DNA of 64,000 bases from Chthoniobacterales bacterium (GTDB taxonomy: Bacteria > Verrucomicrobiota > Verrucomicrobiia > Chthoniobacterales > Chthoniobacteraceae), in NCBI GenBank assembly GCA_038207335.1, contig JBBQZX010000001.1, positions 288,001 through 352,000 on the forward strand. The letters are read 5' to 3'. Numbering within the stretch: position 1 is the stretch's first letter; the number at the start of each line of letters is the position of its first letter. The notes under the pieces are model-generated. The model did not search any database. It saw only the letters and a program-made list of their open reading frames with translations, and was not told the origin of the DNA. Shown here one piece after another: positions 1 to 9,519 of this stretch. A program made the position numbers and the translations under genes.

Positions 1-2557
1 TTTCACGCTGTTTCGCTGGCAGGTGCTGCGAGGCGTCGCGCGGCATCGGCTTCTCGCGGTCTTGAATGTCGTGAGCATCGCGCTCGGGATCGCGGTCTAT
101 CTCGCGATCCAGATCACGAATGAGAGCGCGAATCGGTCGTTCGCCGCGAGCGTCGATCTTGTCGCGGGAAAAGCGCAGCTCGAGGTGTCGGGCGAGATCG
201 ATGAGACGCTGTGGCCACGGATCGCCCACGCGCCCGGCATCCGCGCAGCGACACCGGTGGTGCGCGGCGTCGTCGTGCTGCCGGATGTCCCCGGCGAATA
301 TTTGCAGATCGTCGGTGTGGATTGGTTCACGAATGGGCCGTTCCGCACGTTTGCGCCTGGCGCGGAAATGCCTGGTTTCGATTTTGAAAAGTGGCTCGCG
401 ACTCCCGGCGGTGTCGCGATCTCGAAGGAATTTGCGGAACGCAATCGACTTGCGATCGGCGACAGCATCCGTGTGCTGGCGAATAGCGCGTCGAGATTTC
501 TCACGGTCCTTGCGGTGCTGGAGCCTGGCGACTCGCTCGCCGCGACGCAGCCACGCTTCGCCGCGATGGATATCGGGTGGGCGCAGGAGCTCTTCGATAC
601 GCAGGGCCGGCTGTCGTCGATCCCGCTCATCCTGGACGGGCCAGCGCGCGCGACGGAGGCCGCGGATGTGGTTCGGCAGATGATTCCCGGGTCATTGACG
701 GTGGAGGCGCCGCGGCAGCGGAGCTTTCAGATGCAGCACATGCTCGCCGCATTTCAGCTCAATCTCAGCGCGCTCAGCATGGTCTCGCTGCTCGTCGGGA
801 CGTTCCTCATTTACACCTCCGTCTCGGCGAATGTGACGCGCCGCCGCGTGGAGATCGGCACGCTCCGCGCGCTTGGCGCGACGCGGATGGAGGTGCGCTG
901 CTTGTTTCTCGGCGAGGCGTTTTTCTTCGGAGCCGTGGGAATCGCGGTCGGCAGCCTTTGCGGCGTGCTGCTCTCGCACTCGCTCATCGGCGCGGTGGCA
1001 AAGACTATCTCGTCGCTCTACCTGCTCGTCAGCATCGACCACGCGCACCTCGGCGCAGTGCAAATCATCATTGCCGGTGCGCTCGGTTTCGCGGCGGTTT
1101 TTGCGGGCGCGTGGCTGCCCGCGAGTGAGGCGGCGGGGGTCGATCCGATCACGGCGCTGAGCCGCGGCGCGCACGCGGGAGCGCCGCCGGAGCGGGTGCG
1201 GAATGGGTCGTGGCTCGGCGCGTTTTTGCTTCTTGGCGCGACGGTTGCGTCATGGATCGCGCTGCAAAATGGTCCGCCGGCGGCGAGTTTCGCAGCGGCG
1301 TTTTTCGTCCTAGCGGCATTCGCGACCTTATCGCCCGGTGCGGCGGTGATCTTCAGCCGAGCCGCTTCTGCGCTTGTTTCCGGGACGATCGTGCTGCGCC
1401 TCGCGGCTGAAAATCTGGGTCGATCGCTGCGAAGGAACGGCATCACGATCGCAGCGCTTTCCTGCGCAGTCGCGATGATGACGGGGCTGACGATCATGAT
1501 CTTTTCCTTCCGCAGCAGCGTCGATGCGTGGGTCTCACGCGGCGTGGTCGCCGACCTTTTCATCGCGCCGGCGTCCAATGAAGCCATCGGCCTCGACGCG
1601 TTCGTCCCGTCCGCCGCGATCGACTGGCTCCGCGCGCGCCCGGGGGTGTCTGGCGTCGATACGTTCCGCGAAATCCAAGTGACGCCGGAGACGGCGGGCG
1701 TGGGCGGCGCCGAGCGATTCGCGGCACGGCTCGCGGTGATCGGCGGGCAGTATCGCAGCAACATGGAATTCGACGGCGGCGGCGCCGCAGAGAAAATGGG
1801 ACGCGTTTTTCGAGGCGAGGCGGTCGCGGTGACGGAGAGCTTTGCGCGCAAATTTCGCGTCGGCGCCGGAGACTCGATAGCGGTCGCGACCCCGCGCGGG
1901 CGACAGGAGTTCAAGATCGCCGGGGTGTATGCCGACTACACGCGCGATCAAGGCGTGATCCTCATCGCGCGTCTGTTGTTCGAGAAATTTTGGGACGATC
2001 CGCGAGTTCAGTCGCTGGCCATCTACCTCGCCCCGGGCGCTGCCGCGGAAAATGTGGCGGAAGCGTTTCGCGTCCAGTTCAACGGGGCGGGGGAGTTTGC
2101 GATCTACTCGAATCGCGACCTTCGCCGCCGCATTCTCACGATTTTCGACCAGACATTCGCGGTGACCTACATCCTCCGCACGGTCGCCGTGCTGGTTGCG
2201 TTCGTCGGCATTTTCCTCAGCGTCACGACGCTCGTTACTGAACGCGCGCGGGAGATAGGTGTACTGCGAGCGATTGGCGCATCGGGCGCGCAGATTCAGG
2301 GCTTGTTCATGGCCGAGTCGGCAATGATCGGCGCACTCGCGAGCGGGCTTGGGCTGGTGTCCGGCGCGCTGCTCGCAGTAGTTCTCACGCGAGTGGTGAA
2401 CCCCGCGTTCTTCGGATGGACCATTGCGCTCCGCGTTCCGTGGAAAGCGCTAATCCTGACGCCGATGTGGATCGTTCCCGCAGCCATCGCAGCGGCGTGG
2501 CTGCCCGCGAACCGCGCCACGCGCAGCATGATCGCGGAAACGATCCGGGAGGAGTGA
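1..2557 (+). CDS. ABC transporter permease, FtsX/MacB-like (two FtsX domains); probably 5'-truncated by the window edge
   Basis: Frame is open upstream of position 23 (FTLFRWQVL...). Two 'RRxEIGxLRALGA' FtsX motifs, periplasmic MacB-like loops and multiple TM segments. Confidence 0.88.
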   Translation, partial: FTLFRWQVLRGVARHRLLAVLNVVSIALGIAVYLAIQITNESANRSFAASVDLVAGKAQLEVSGEIDETLWPRIAHAPGIRAATPVVRGVVVLPDVPGEYLQIVGVDWFTNGPFRTFAPGAEMPGFDFEKWLATPGGVAISKEFAERNRLAIGDSIRVLANSASRFLTVLAVLEPGDSLAATQPRFAAMDIGWAQELFDTQGRLSSIPLILDGPARATEAADVVRQMIPGSLTVEAPRQRSFQMQHMLAAFQLNLSALSMVSLLVGTFLIYTSVSANVTRRRVEIGTLRALGATRMEVRCLFLGEAFFFGAVGIAVGSLCGVLLSHSLIGAVAKTISSLYLLVSIDHAHLGAVQIIIAGALGFAAVFAGAWLPASEAAGVDPITALSRGAHAGAPPERVRNGSWLGAFLLLGATVASWIALQNGPPAASFAAAFFVLAAFATLSPGAAVIFSRAASALVSGTIVLRLAAENLGRSLRRNGITIAALSCAVAMMTGLTIMIFSFRSSVDAWVSRGVVADLFIAPASNEAIGLDAFVPSAAIDWLRARPGVSGVDTFREIQVTPETAGVGGAERFAARLAVIGGQYRSNMEFDGGGAAEKMGRVFRGEAVAVTESFARKFRVGAGDSIAVATPRGRQEFKIAGVYADYTRDQGVILIARLLFEKFWDDPRVQSLAIYLAPGAAAENVAEAFRVQFNGAGEFAIYSNRDLRRRILTIFDQTFAVTYILRTVAVLVAFVGIFLSVTTLVTERAREIGVLRAIGASGAQIQGLFMAESAMIGALASGLGLVSGALLAVVLTRVVNPAFFGWTIALRVPWKALILTPMWIVPAAIAAAWLPANRATRSMIAETIREE

Positions 2558-2578
2558 ACGAACGCCACCGAATGCAAT

Positions 2579-2662
2579 ACCGCGATGTCGGTGCCTCGCT
2601 GTCAGAACGGCGCGACCCATCCCGCAGTGGAACGAAGAGGGCAGTGACACCGATGCTGCGGT
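2579..2662. repeat. Imperfect inverted repeat (~24-bp arms) between convergent genes
   Basis: ACCGCGATGTCGGTGCCTCGCTGTC (2579-2603) pairs with GGCAGTGACACCGATGCTGCGGT (2640-2662), allowing G-U pairs and a bulge. Confidence 0.45.
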
Positions 2663-2721
2663 GCCTTCCAGGCGAATTTTTTAGCGCGGTTGCGCCGCCG
2701 GACCTTCTCCGGCAAACTCCG

Positions 2722-2985
2722 TTACGCCTGCTTCGCGAGCGCTTTGCTCATGGCGCTCTTGTGGCGCGCGGCGGAATTGCGATGCACGCGGCCGCTTTTG
2801 ACCGCTTTGTCGATGGACGAGATGAACGCCTGGGCCGCCGTTTTCGCCGACGCTTTATCCGTCCCGGAAACCGAGGTGCGCGCCGTCTTGAGGCGGTTCT
2901 TCACGCCGGTGAGGGCACGGCGATTCTGGAGAGTTTTGCGCTCGGTTTGGCGGGCGCGTTTGGCGGCGGATTTCGTGTTGGCCAT
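2722..2985 (-). CDS. rpsT: 30S ribosomal protein S20
   Basis: MANTKSAAKRARQTERKTLQNR...IDKAVKSGRVHRNSAARHKS is the S20 signature. Confidence 0.97.
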   Translation of the reverse strand: MANTKSAAKRARQTERKTLQNRRALTGVKNRLKTARTSVSGTDKASAKTAAQAFISSIDKAVKSGRVHRNSAARHKSAMSKALAKQA

Positions 2986-3109
2986 AGGTCGGATTTTTGG
3001 AAAAGGGACGGGAGCGTAGCGGGCGTGCCCTCCTTGTCAACGCGCCTTCTGCGTGCGCGGGTGAAAATCTCCTCTTCGTTCCAGCGCGCGGGCCGGGCTA
3101 CCGTGCGGC

Positions 3110-3673
3110 GTGCTTCATTTTCGACCACTCATCCTCGTTGCGGCGCTGGCGTTTGCGGGGTGCGCGCGGGATCGCATTCACACTGTGCGCGTCAGCATTC
3201 CCGATCAAAAGATGCTCGTCACGGAACGCGGCGTGCCGATCGCGCGATACGATGTCTCGACCTCAAAGTTTGGGCTGGGCGACCGGCCGGGCAGTTGTGC
3301 AACGCCGCTCGGTGCGCTCGAGATCGCGAAGAAAATCGGGAACGGAGCGCCGCTCGGGATGAAATTCAAAGACCGCAAACCGACTGGAGAGATCGTGCCT
3401 GCCGATGCGCCGGGGCGCGATCCGATCGTCACGCGCATTCTATGGCTGAGGGGGTTGGAGCCGCAAAATCACGCGGCGTATGCGCGAACGATTTACATCC
3501 ACGGCACGGCGGAGGAGGCGAAGATCGGCACGCCTGCGAGCTACGGCTGCATTCGGATGCGGTCGCGAGATGTCGTCTCGCTTTTCAATACGCTCGGCGT
3601 CGGCGCGCGGGTGGAGATCACGACCGACCCGCTCCCGCCGGTCGGCGAGATCGCTGCACAACCGGCCCGATGA
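3110..3673 (+). CDS. L,D-transpeptidase (YkuD family), lipoprotein
   Basis: Lipobox LAFAGC, TPLG motif, catalytic IYIHGT...ASYGCIRM. Confidence 0.9.
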   Translation: MLHFRPLILVAALAFAGCARDRIHTVRVSIPDQKMLVTERGVPIARYDVSTSKFGLGDRPGSCATPLGALEIAKKIGNGAPLGMKFKDRKPTGEIVPADAPGRDPIVTRILWLRGLEPQNHAAYARTIYIHGTAEEAKIGTPASYGCIRMRSRDVVSLFNTLGVGARVEITTDPLPPVGEIAAQPAR

Positions 3674-4239
3674 CGCCCACCAACGAAGTCGCGTCGCGGC
3701 TCTGCGCGGGCTGCGGGATGTGCTGCGACGGCTCCATTTTCCACACCGTCCGGCTCCAGCCACTCGACTCGGCAAAGGCGCTCGCTGCGCTCGGGCTGAA
3801 GCTCAAACGCAAGAACAAGCGCACGCTCATCCAGCAGCCGTGCCCGGCGTATCGTGAGTGCCGGTGTTCGATTTACGCGGCGCGTCCTGAGCGGTGCCGG
3901 CTCTTCGTCTGCCAGCAGCTCGAGCGCGTGGCTGCGGGGCAGGCGAGCGAGGCTGAGGCTGCGGAGAAAATCCGTGAAGCGTTCGCGCAGATCGCGAATC
4001 TCCACGCGCTCTTTCGCCGGGCAGGCGAGGTGAAGGCGAAAGGCCCGCTCACCGTTCGCGCCGAAAAACTCCTCGCCGTCCCGCTCGATTCCTCCGATGA
4101 AAATGCCGTCGCGCTGCGCGAGGAACTCGCCCGTTCGCTCGCGGATTTCGAGTCGCTGATCGAGCGCGATTTTCGCCCGAAATGCCTATCCGCGACCGAA
4201 ACTCCGACTCAATCGGCAACCGAAACGCGGGAGCCGTAA
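3670..4239 (+). CDS. YkgJ-family cysteine-cluster (zinc/Fe-S) protein
   Basis: ATG at 3670 overlaps the upstream TGA (ATGA). Motifs CxxCGMCCDG and CP...CxIYxxRPxxCRxFxC. The longer 2416 start in the track overlaps rpsT and the YkuD gene and is spurious. Confidence 0.85.
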   Translation: MTPTNEVASRLCAGCGMCCDGSIFHTVRLQPLDSAKALAALGLKLKRKNKRTLIQQPCPAYRECRCSIYAARPERCRLFVCQQLERVAAGQASEAEAAEKIREAFAQIANLHALFRRAGEVKAKGPLTVRAEKLLAVPLDSSDENAVALREELARSLADFESLIERDFRPKCLSATETPTQSATETREP

Positions 4240-4246
4240 ATCCCCG

Positions 4247-4507
4247 TCACGCCTCCGGCGGTTCCACGATTTCCAATAGTGCGCGCTCTCCATGCCGCGC
4301 CGCTGCGGCTGCCAGCAGATTGCGGATCGCGATGATCGTGTGCCCGTGTTTGCCGACGACTTTCCCGATGTCGCTCTGGCGCAGACGCAGTTTGAAAACC
4401 GCCTTTTTCGGCCCTGCTTCGGTCTTCACGAGGATCATCTCCTCGGGAAAGTCGATGAGTTGCCGCAGCACGTATCCGAGGAATTCGAGCATGGCGGCTT
4501 GGTGCAT
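4247..4507 (-). CDS. khpA: KH-domain RNA-binding protein (KhpA/YlqC family)
   Basis: DIGKVVGKHGHTIIAIR GxxG KH motif; immediately downstream of rpsP, the canonical position. Confidence 0.9.
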   Translation of the reverse strand: MHQAAMLEFLGYVLRQLIDFPEEMILVKTEAGPKKAVFKLRLRQSDIGKVVGKHGHTIIAIRNLLAAAAARHGERALLEIVEPPEA

Positions 4508-4542
4508 AAAAATCTCCTCGTCCCGAAACGAGCGCGTGCGAA

Positions 4543-4806
4543 TTACTTCGCCGTCTCAGCCGCAGGCGTGGCCTTGCGGATGCGCTTGATGAGGCTGCGG
4601 ACGGTGTCGCTCGGCTGCGCGCCTTTGCTGATCCAGTAGTCGGCGCGCGAGACGTCGATGTTCGCGTTGTCGCCGGCTTTCTTCGGATCGTAGTTGCCGA
4701 TGATCTCGATGAATTTGCCATCGCGCGGACTGCGCTGATCGGCGACGACGACTTTGTAATACGGATGATTGAGGGCGCCTTCGCGGCGGAGACGGATGCT
4801 GACCAT
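4543..4806 (-). CDS. rpsP: 30S ribosomal protein S16
   Basis: MVSIRLRREG...PYYKVVVADQRSPRDGKFIE...GAQPSDTV. Confidence 0.97.
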   Translation of the reverse strand: MVSIRLRREGALNHPYYKVVVADQRSPRDGKFIEIIGNYDPKKAGDNANIDVSRADYWISKGAQPSDTVRSLIKRIRKATPAAETAK

Positions 4807-4844
4807 GTTCGTGTTTTCTGCGGGTTGGTTTGTTTGGGTAAAAT

Positions 4845-6179
4845 TTACTGCGGCAGTTTGAAGCGTTTTGCAGCGCCGGGGCGCGACATCATTTTCTTCA
4901 TCCGGCCCATGTCTTTCATCATCTTCCTCATTTGGCCGAAGCGCTGGATGAGGTCGTTGACTTCTGTGACCGAGGAACCGCTTCCGCGGGCGATTCGCTG
5001 GCGGCGACGGGCATTCAAAATGTCCGGGTTGGTTCGCTCGTCCAGCGTCATCGAAAGCACAATGGCTTCGACCCGCTTCATCTGTTTCTCGTCCACCGAA
5101 AAGCCCTTTAGATTAGACATCCCCGGCAACATGCCAAGGATATTTTCCAGCGGCCCGAGTTTCTTGAGCATTTTGAACTGCGCGAGGAAGTCGTTTAGGT
5201 CGAACGACGCCGTCCGCATTTTCTCCTCCATGCGCCGCGCCTCGTCCTCGTCGATCATCTGCGCCGCCTTCTCGACGAGCCCCACGATGTCGCCCATCCC
5301 GAGGATTCGCCCCGCGAGCCGCTCCGGGTGGAAAGGCTCGAACTGCTCGATCTTCTCGCCGATGCCGCCAAATTTGATCGGCCGCTGCGTCACCTCGCGC
5401 ATCGATAGCGCCGCGCCTCCGCGTGCATCGCCGTCGAGCTTCGTGAGCACGAGCCCGGTGATATCGAGCGCCTCGTGGAAGTGCGTGGCCACGCTCACCG
5501 CCTGCTGTCCCGTGGCCGCGTCGGCGACGAGCAGCACTTCGTTTGGATTTAGGAATTCCCGCAGTCGTTTCAGCTCCTCGACCAGCACGGTGTCGATTTC
5601 CTGCCGCCCGGCGGTGTCGTAAATCTGCACGTTTCCCGGCTGCTCTTTCGTCCACTCGACAGCCGCGCGCGCGTTTCGCAGCACATCGGTTTCGCCCGGA
5701 GCGGGGATGAAAACGGGGACACCGATTTGCCTGCCGAGCGTCGCGAGTTGTTCGATCGCAGCGGGGCGGTAAAGATCGCACGCAATCAGCAGCGGCGCGC
5801 GTCCCTGCTTTTTCAAATAGGCTGCGAGCTTTGCGGACGAAGTCGTTTTGCCCGCGCCATTGAGTCCGACCATCAGGATGCGCGCCGGCTTGTCGAGATT
5901 CAGCGGCGACTCGTCGCCGCCGAGGAGCGCGGTGAGTTCGTCGTGGAAAATCTTCACGATCTGCTGCCCCGGCGACACGCTCCTCAGCACTTCCTCGCCG
6001 AGCGCCTTGTCCTTCACTCTCGCGATGAATCCCTTCGCGACGTTGAAATCCACGTCCGCTTCCAGCAGCGCCATCCGCACCGCCCGCATCGCATCCGTGA
6101 TATTCGTCTCCGTGATTTTCCCAAGGCCCCGAAGGTCCTTGAAAACGTCCTGAAGTTTATCGGCGAGCAGTGAAAACAT
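4845..6179 (-). CDS. ffh: Signal recognition particle protein Ffh
   Basis: GLNGAGKTT P-loop, DTAGR, TKLDGDARGGAALS, M domain; adjacent to rpsP. Confidence 0.97.
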   Translation of the reverse strand: MFSLLADKLQDVFKDLRGLGKITETNITDAMRAVRMALLEADVDFNVAKGFIARVKDKALGEEVLRSVSPGQQIVKIFHDELTALLGGDESPLNLDKPARILMVGLNGAGKTTSSAKLAAYLKKQGRAPLLIACDLYRPAAIEQLATLGRQIGVPVFIPAPGETDVLRNARAAVEWTKEQPGNVQIYDTAGRQEIDTVLVEELKRLREFLNPNEVLLVADAATGQQAVSVATHFHEALDITGLVLTKLDGDARGGAALSMREVTQRPIKFGGIGEKIEQFEPFHPERLAGRILGMGDIVGLVEKAAQMIDEDEARRMEEKMRTASFDLNDFLAQFKMLKKLGPLENILGMLPGMSNLKGFSVDEKQMKRVEAIVLSMTLDERTNPDILNARRRQRIARGSGSSVTEVNDLIQRFGQMRKMMKDMGRMKKMMSRPGAAKRFKLPQ

Positions 6180-6246
6180 GGAAAAGGGCGCGGACTTTAA
6201 ACCGGAAACGCGTGAAGTCGAGCGACTGCTCGCGGGGCGTGTTCTT

Positions 6247-6354
6247 CACCGTCTAGGTGCAGAGGAGCGGAGGGATACGCTGAACGGCGCGAACTACGGG
6301 GACTTTTGTCTCCGCATCGCCACGTCCCCTCTCTGTGTCTCCGCGCCTCGGCGG
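6247..6354. repeat. Degenerate intergenic inverted-repeat element
   Basis: Purine-rich arm CACCGTCTAGGTGCAGAGGAGCGGAGGGA and complementary pyrimidine-rich arm TCCCCTCTCTGTGTCTCCGCGCCTCGGCGG. Confidence 0.45.
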
Positions 6355-6382
6355 CTTCATTCCAATCGCCGCTGGCAGAAGA

Positions 6383-7924
6383 TCACTTCGCTAGGACTCT
6401 CGCGCGCTTCTCCAAGCCCACGGCATCTTCGCCGCGTGCGCGTTCGGCGGCGAGTAGCGCTGCGAGCGCCTCCACTTTTCCCGGGTGTTCCGATGCAACG
6501 TTTTTCGTCTCACCGAGGTCGGTGGCCAGGTCGTAAAGCTGCGGCGCGGGCGCGTTGCCAGTCTCCGTGTCCGTGTCCTTGTTTCGCGCGATGCCGGGGC
6601 GTGGCGGAATGAATTTCCACTGCCCACTGCGCGCGGCGACGACGCCGGAATGCTCGATCAACTGCGTGCGCCCCGTCGGCGAATCGCCGAGCAGCGCGGG
6701 TAGCACGTTCTGACTGTCGGGCGAAGTCTTTGCATCGAACTCCCGACCCGCGAGCGACGCGAATGTCGCCGGAAAATCAACCTGCGAGACGAGCGCATCC
6801 GACACGCCGGGCTTCACGCGGCCGGGCCAGCGCACGATGAATGGCACGCGCGTCCCGCCCTCAAAGATGCTGTATTTGCCGCCACGCAGCGGCCCCGCGG
6901 GCCGATGATCGCCGAGCTTCAGTTTCGCTCCGTCTCGGTATCCGTCATCGACGACGGGCCCGTTGTCGCTGCTGAAAATCACGAGCGTTTTATCTGCTAG
7001 CCCGTTCTTTTCCAGCGCCGCGATCATCTCTCCCACGCACCAATCGAGTTCGAGGATTACATCGCCGCGAACGCCGAGTTCGCTTTTCCCCGCGAAGCGC
7101 GAATGCGGCACCCGTGGCACGTGGATGTCGTGCGTTGCGAGCTCGAGAAAGAACGGACCCTCGCGATGCTGCTCGATGAACGCCGTCGCGCGCTCGACAT
7201 ACTTGCCCATCATGTCTTCGTCCGACCAGCGGGCGGACTTTCCGCCGCTCATGTATCCGATGCGGCTGATGCCATTCACGATGGTCTGATCGTGCCCGTG
7301 GCTGGGCTGCACTTTCAGCAACTCGGGATGCTCTTTGCCCGTTGGCTCCTCGCCGATGTATTCCGAAAAGCTGACCTTCAGGGGGTCCGCAGCGTCGAGT
7401 CCGAGCACGCGGTGATTCTCCACATAAACACACGGCACGCGGTCGCCTGTCGCCGGCATGAGAAAGCAATAATCGAAGCCGAGTTCCAGCGGGCCAGGTG
7501 TGATTTCACCATTCCAGTCAAGCCCGCCGCGGCCGAGCCCGAGATGCCATTTGCCGATGATGCCAGTCGTGTAGCCTGCACCTTTGAGGACGCTCGCGAG
7601 CGTCGTGCGGCCTGGCTCGATGATGAGCGGCGCATCGCCCGGCAGCACGCCGGTGCCGCGCTTTCGCCACGCGTATTCGCCAGTGAGCATCGCGTATCGC
7701 GAAGGCGTGCAAGTCGATGAGCCGCAGTGCCCGTCGGTAAAGCGCAGACCTTCGCGTGCGAGCCGGTCGATGTTCGGCGTGGCGATGCGTGTCGCGCCGT
7801 AGCAGCTCACGTCGCCGTAGCCGAGGTCGTCGGCGTAGATGAGTAAAATGTTCGGCTTCTCGGCTGCAAAAATCGAGTGGGCGAACGTGAGCGCGAGGAG
7901 GGCGAAAACGGGAGGAAGTTTCAT
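6383..7924 (-). CDS. Arylsulfatase (formylglycine-dependent sulfatase), secreted
   Basis: Signal peptide, PNILLIYADDLGYGD, CTPSR FGly motif, GKWHLG, SSDNG, GGKYSIFEGGTRVP. Confidence 0.95.
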   Translation of the reverse strand: MKLPPVFALLALTFAHSIFAAEKPNILLIYADDLGYGDVSCYGATRIATPNIDRLAREGLRFTDGHCGSSTCTPSRYAMLTGEYAWRKRGTGVLPGDAPLIIEPGRTTLASVLKGAGYTTGIIGKWHLGLGRGGLDWNGEITPGPLELGFDYCFLMPATGDRVPCVYVENHRVLGLDAADPLKVSFSEYIGEEPTGKEHPELLKVQPSHGHDQTIVNGISRIGYMSGGKSARWSDEDMMGKYVERATAFIEQHREGPFFLELATHDIHVPRVPHSRFAGKSELGVRGDVILELDWCVGEMIAALEKNGLADKTLVIFSSDNGPVVDDGYRDGAKLKLGDHRPAGPLRGGKYSIFEGGTRVPFIVRWPGRVKPGVSDALVSQVDFPATFASLAGREFDAKTSPDSQNVLPALLGDSPTGRTQLIEHSGVVAARSGQWKFIPPRPGIARNKDTDTETGNAPAPQLYDLATDLGETKNVASEHPGKVEALAALLAAERARGEDAVGLEKRARVLAK

Positions 7925-8061
7925 GGCGGAGCGGATTCGACGTGAAGGGGTGAGCGCGGGTCAAGCAGCCACAGCGGGACCAAAGGGGCTGGAAGCATTA
8001 CATCGCGGCAATTATTTAGCGTCGGGAATGTTGCGGCACCCCATCTGCTCCGCTTGTAGGT

Positions 8062-9477
8062 GTGAATCGCGTACCCTTTAGTCCCGGCAGCAATCGGACG
8101 TCCGCGCATTCCAATCTGAACTTTTCGTCTCGCGCCACACTCGCATCCCGACCGCCATGTTGGGCGGTGCTCAGTTTCATCCCCGATGATCTTGGCTGGT
8201 GCGACTGGATATACGGCGAACTCCAAGGCCACGAAGTCCCGCTCCTCCTCTCGGGTCAGGGGACGCGCGACGGCACGCCGCTGCCGGAATATCTCACCGC
8301 TTTTCCCGATCGCTTCGATCCCGATCATTTCGAGCGCTACCCGGAGGCGCTCGCTACCAGCCGCTTTCTCATCGTCGTCTGCACGCCGGAATCCTCCGGT
8401 TCGCCTGAGATCGAGGCGCATATCCGTGCATTCAAGGACGCGGGTGGCGGCGAGCGGATCATCGCGTTGATCGCTGCGCGCGAACCGCACGCGGGCCAAG
8501 AGAAGTGGCCGCGCTCCCCGAACTCCGAATGGCTCCCGAATTGGCTCCAGTGGAGATTTAGCGACGACGGGGCATTCTTCTTAGCCGATCACACCGAGCC
8601 GCAAATCGTCGAGGCGCGACCCGGCTGGGCGAGCCTGGACGAGGTGAAAGTCGCGCTCATCGCAGCGCTGCTGGAGATCACTCCCGAGGAGTTGGAGGAG
8701 TTGGAAAATGCGACTCTCGCGCCGATTCCCACGTTGGCACCGATGCAGGAGGTGGTTGCGCTTTCCGGGAATGAAATGCTCGTCGAAACCGCGCCCGTTG
8801 CGATCGCAAAACGTGCGAGTCGCCATCGGGGGCTGGTCATCGGAGCGACGATTGGTGTGCTCGCGGGGATCGCGGCGATGTGGACAAACCACATGAAACT
8901 CGCAGCGGATCTGCCGGCCCCGAAAGTCGAACAGGCACGCGAACAAGCAACGGTGGCGGCTCCGCTCCGCGCGCTGCCGAAGGTCACGCAGCCGCTCGAG
9001 AAGAGTGTGCCGACCGACCTCACTGCGACCCAGCCGCAGACACCCGAAACTGCTGTCGAGCCGCCGCCACTCGAGCCGCCACCAGCGGAATTCCTCGGCC
9101 CGCCGCCACCGACAGCCGCCGATCTCGCCGCCGCTGAAGACGCTCGTCTGCGCCGTGAGAAATCGGCGCTCGCGACTCGCGCCGATGCGCTCGTCGTCGA
9201 GCGTGATCTACCTCTCGCGCTACAGACTTATTCGCGTGCGCTCACGGCGGCGAAGCGCTTCTCCGCCGAGCCTGGCGCGCAACTCGATTCGGCCGAGATT
9301 TATCGGAAGATGGGGACGCTGCAGGCGCAGATTGAATCGACTGCTGAGGCCCGTTATTCATTTGAGAAAGCCCGCAAGATCCTCAACTCGCTCCGAGCCA
9401 GCGGACAGCTTGGAAAACAGCGCGCGAGGATATTAGAAGACGTGGAGCACAGCCTTCACACGCTGCCTCGCGACTAA
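8062..9477 (+). CDS. TIR-like domain + transmembrane helix + Pro-rich linker + TPR-like C-terminus; start uncertain
   Basis: N-terminus WAVLSF..D..WCDW...EALATSRFLIVVCTPESSGSPEIEAHIRAFK...ERIIALI..REP matches the bacterial TIR_2 pattern. TM GLVIGATIGVLAGIAAMW; helical repeat-like tail. Confidence 0.7.
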   Translation: MNRVPFSPGSNRTSAHSNLNFSSRATLASRPPCWAVLSFIPDDLGWCDWIYGELQGHEVPLLLSGQGTRDGTPLPEYLTAFPDRFDPDHFERYPEALATSRFLIVVCTPESSGSPEIEAHIRAFKDAGGGERIIALIAAREPHAGQEKWPRSPNSEWLPNWLQWRFSDDGAFFLADHTEPQIVEARPGWASLDEVKVALIAALLEITPEELEELENATLAPIPTLAPMQEVVALSGNEMLVETAPVAIAKRASRHRGLVIGATIGVLAGIAAMWTNHMKLAADLPAPKVEQAREQATVAAPLRALPKVTQPLEKSVPTDLTATQPQTPETAVEPPPLEPPPAEFLGPPPPTAADLAAAEDARLRREKSALATRADALVVERDLPLALQTYSRALTAAKRFSAEPGAQLDSAEIYRKMGTLQAQIESTAEARYSFEKARKILNSLRASGQLGKQRARILEDVEHSLHTLPRD

Positions 9478-9519
9478 TCGAGTAGCGACCGTGCCGACCG
9501 CCTGCCGAATCGAAAGCGG

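Noticed and set aside
2416..3669. N-terminal extension of the 607-aa ORF (similarly the extensions at 10282-10863, 18193-18555, 30640-30936, 45318-45662)
   Set aside because: They overlap well-supported genes; the true starts are downstream, often with ATGA/GTGA coupling.
4247..6179. ffh-rpsP-khpA not followed by rimM-trmD-rplS
   Set aside because: Operon splitting is common, and absence cannot be judged from one window.
8034..8049. Sigma-54-like GG-N10-GC element (CGGCACCCCATCTGCT) upstream of the TIR gene
   Set aside because: Two mismatches to TGGCAC-N5-TTGC and such matches are frequent in GC-rich DNA; not supportable.
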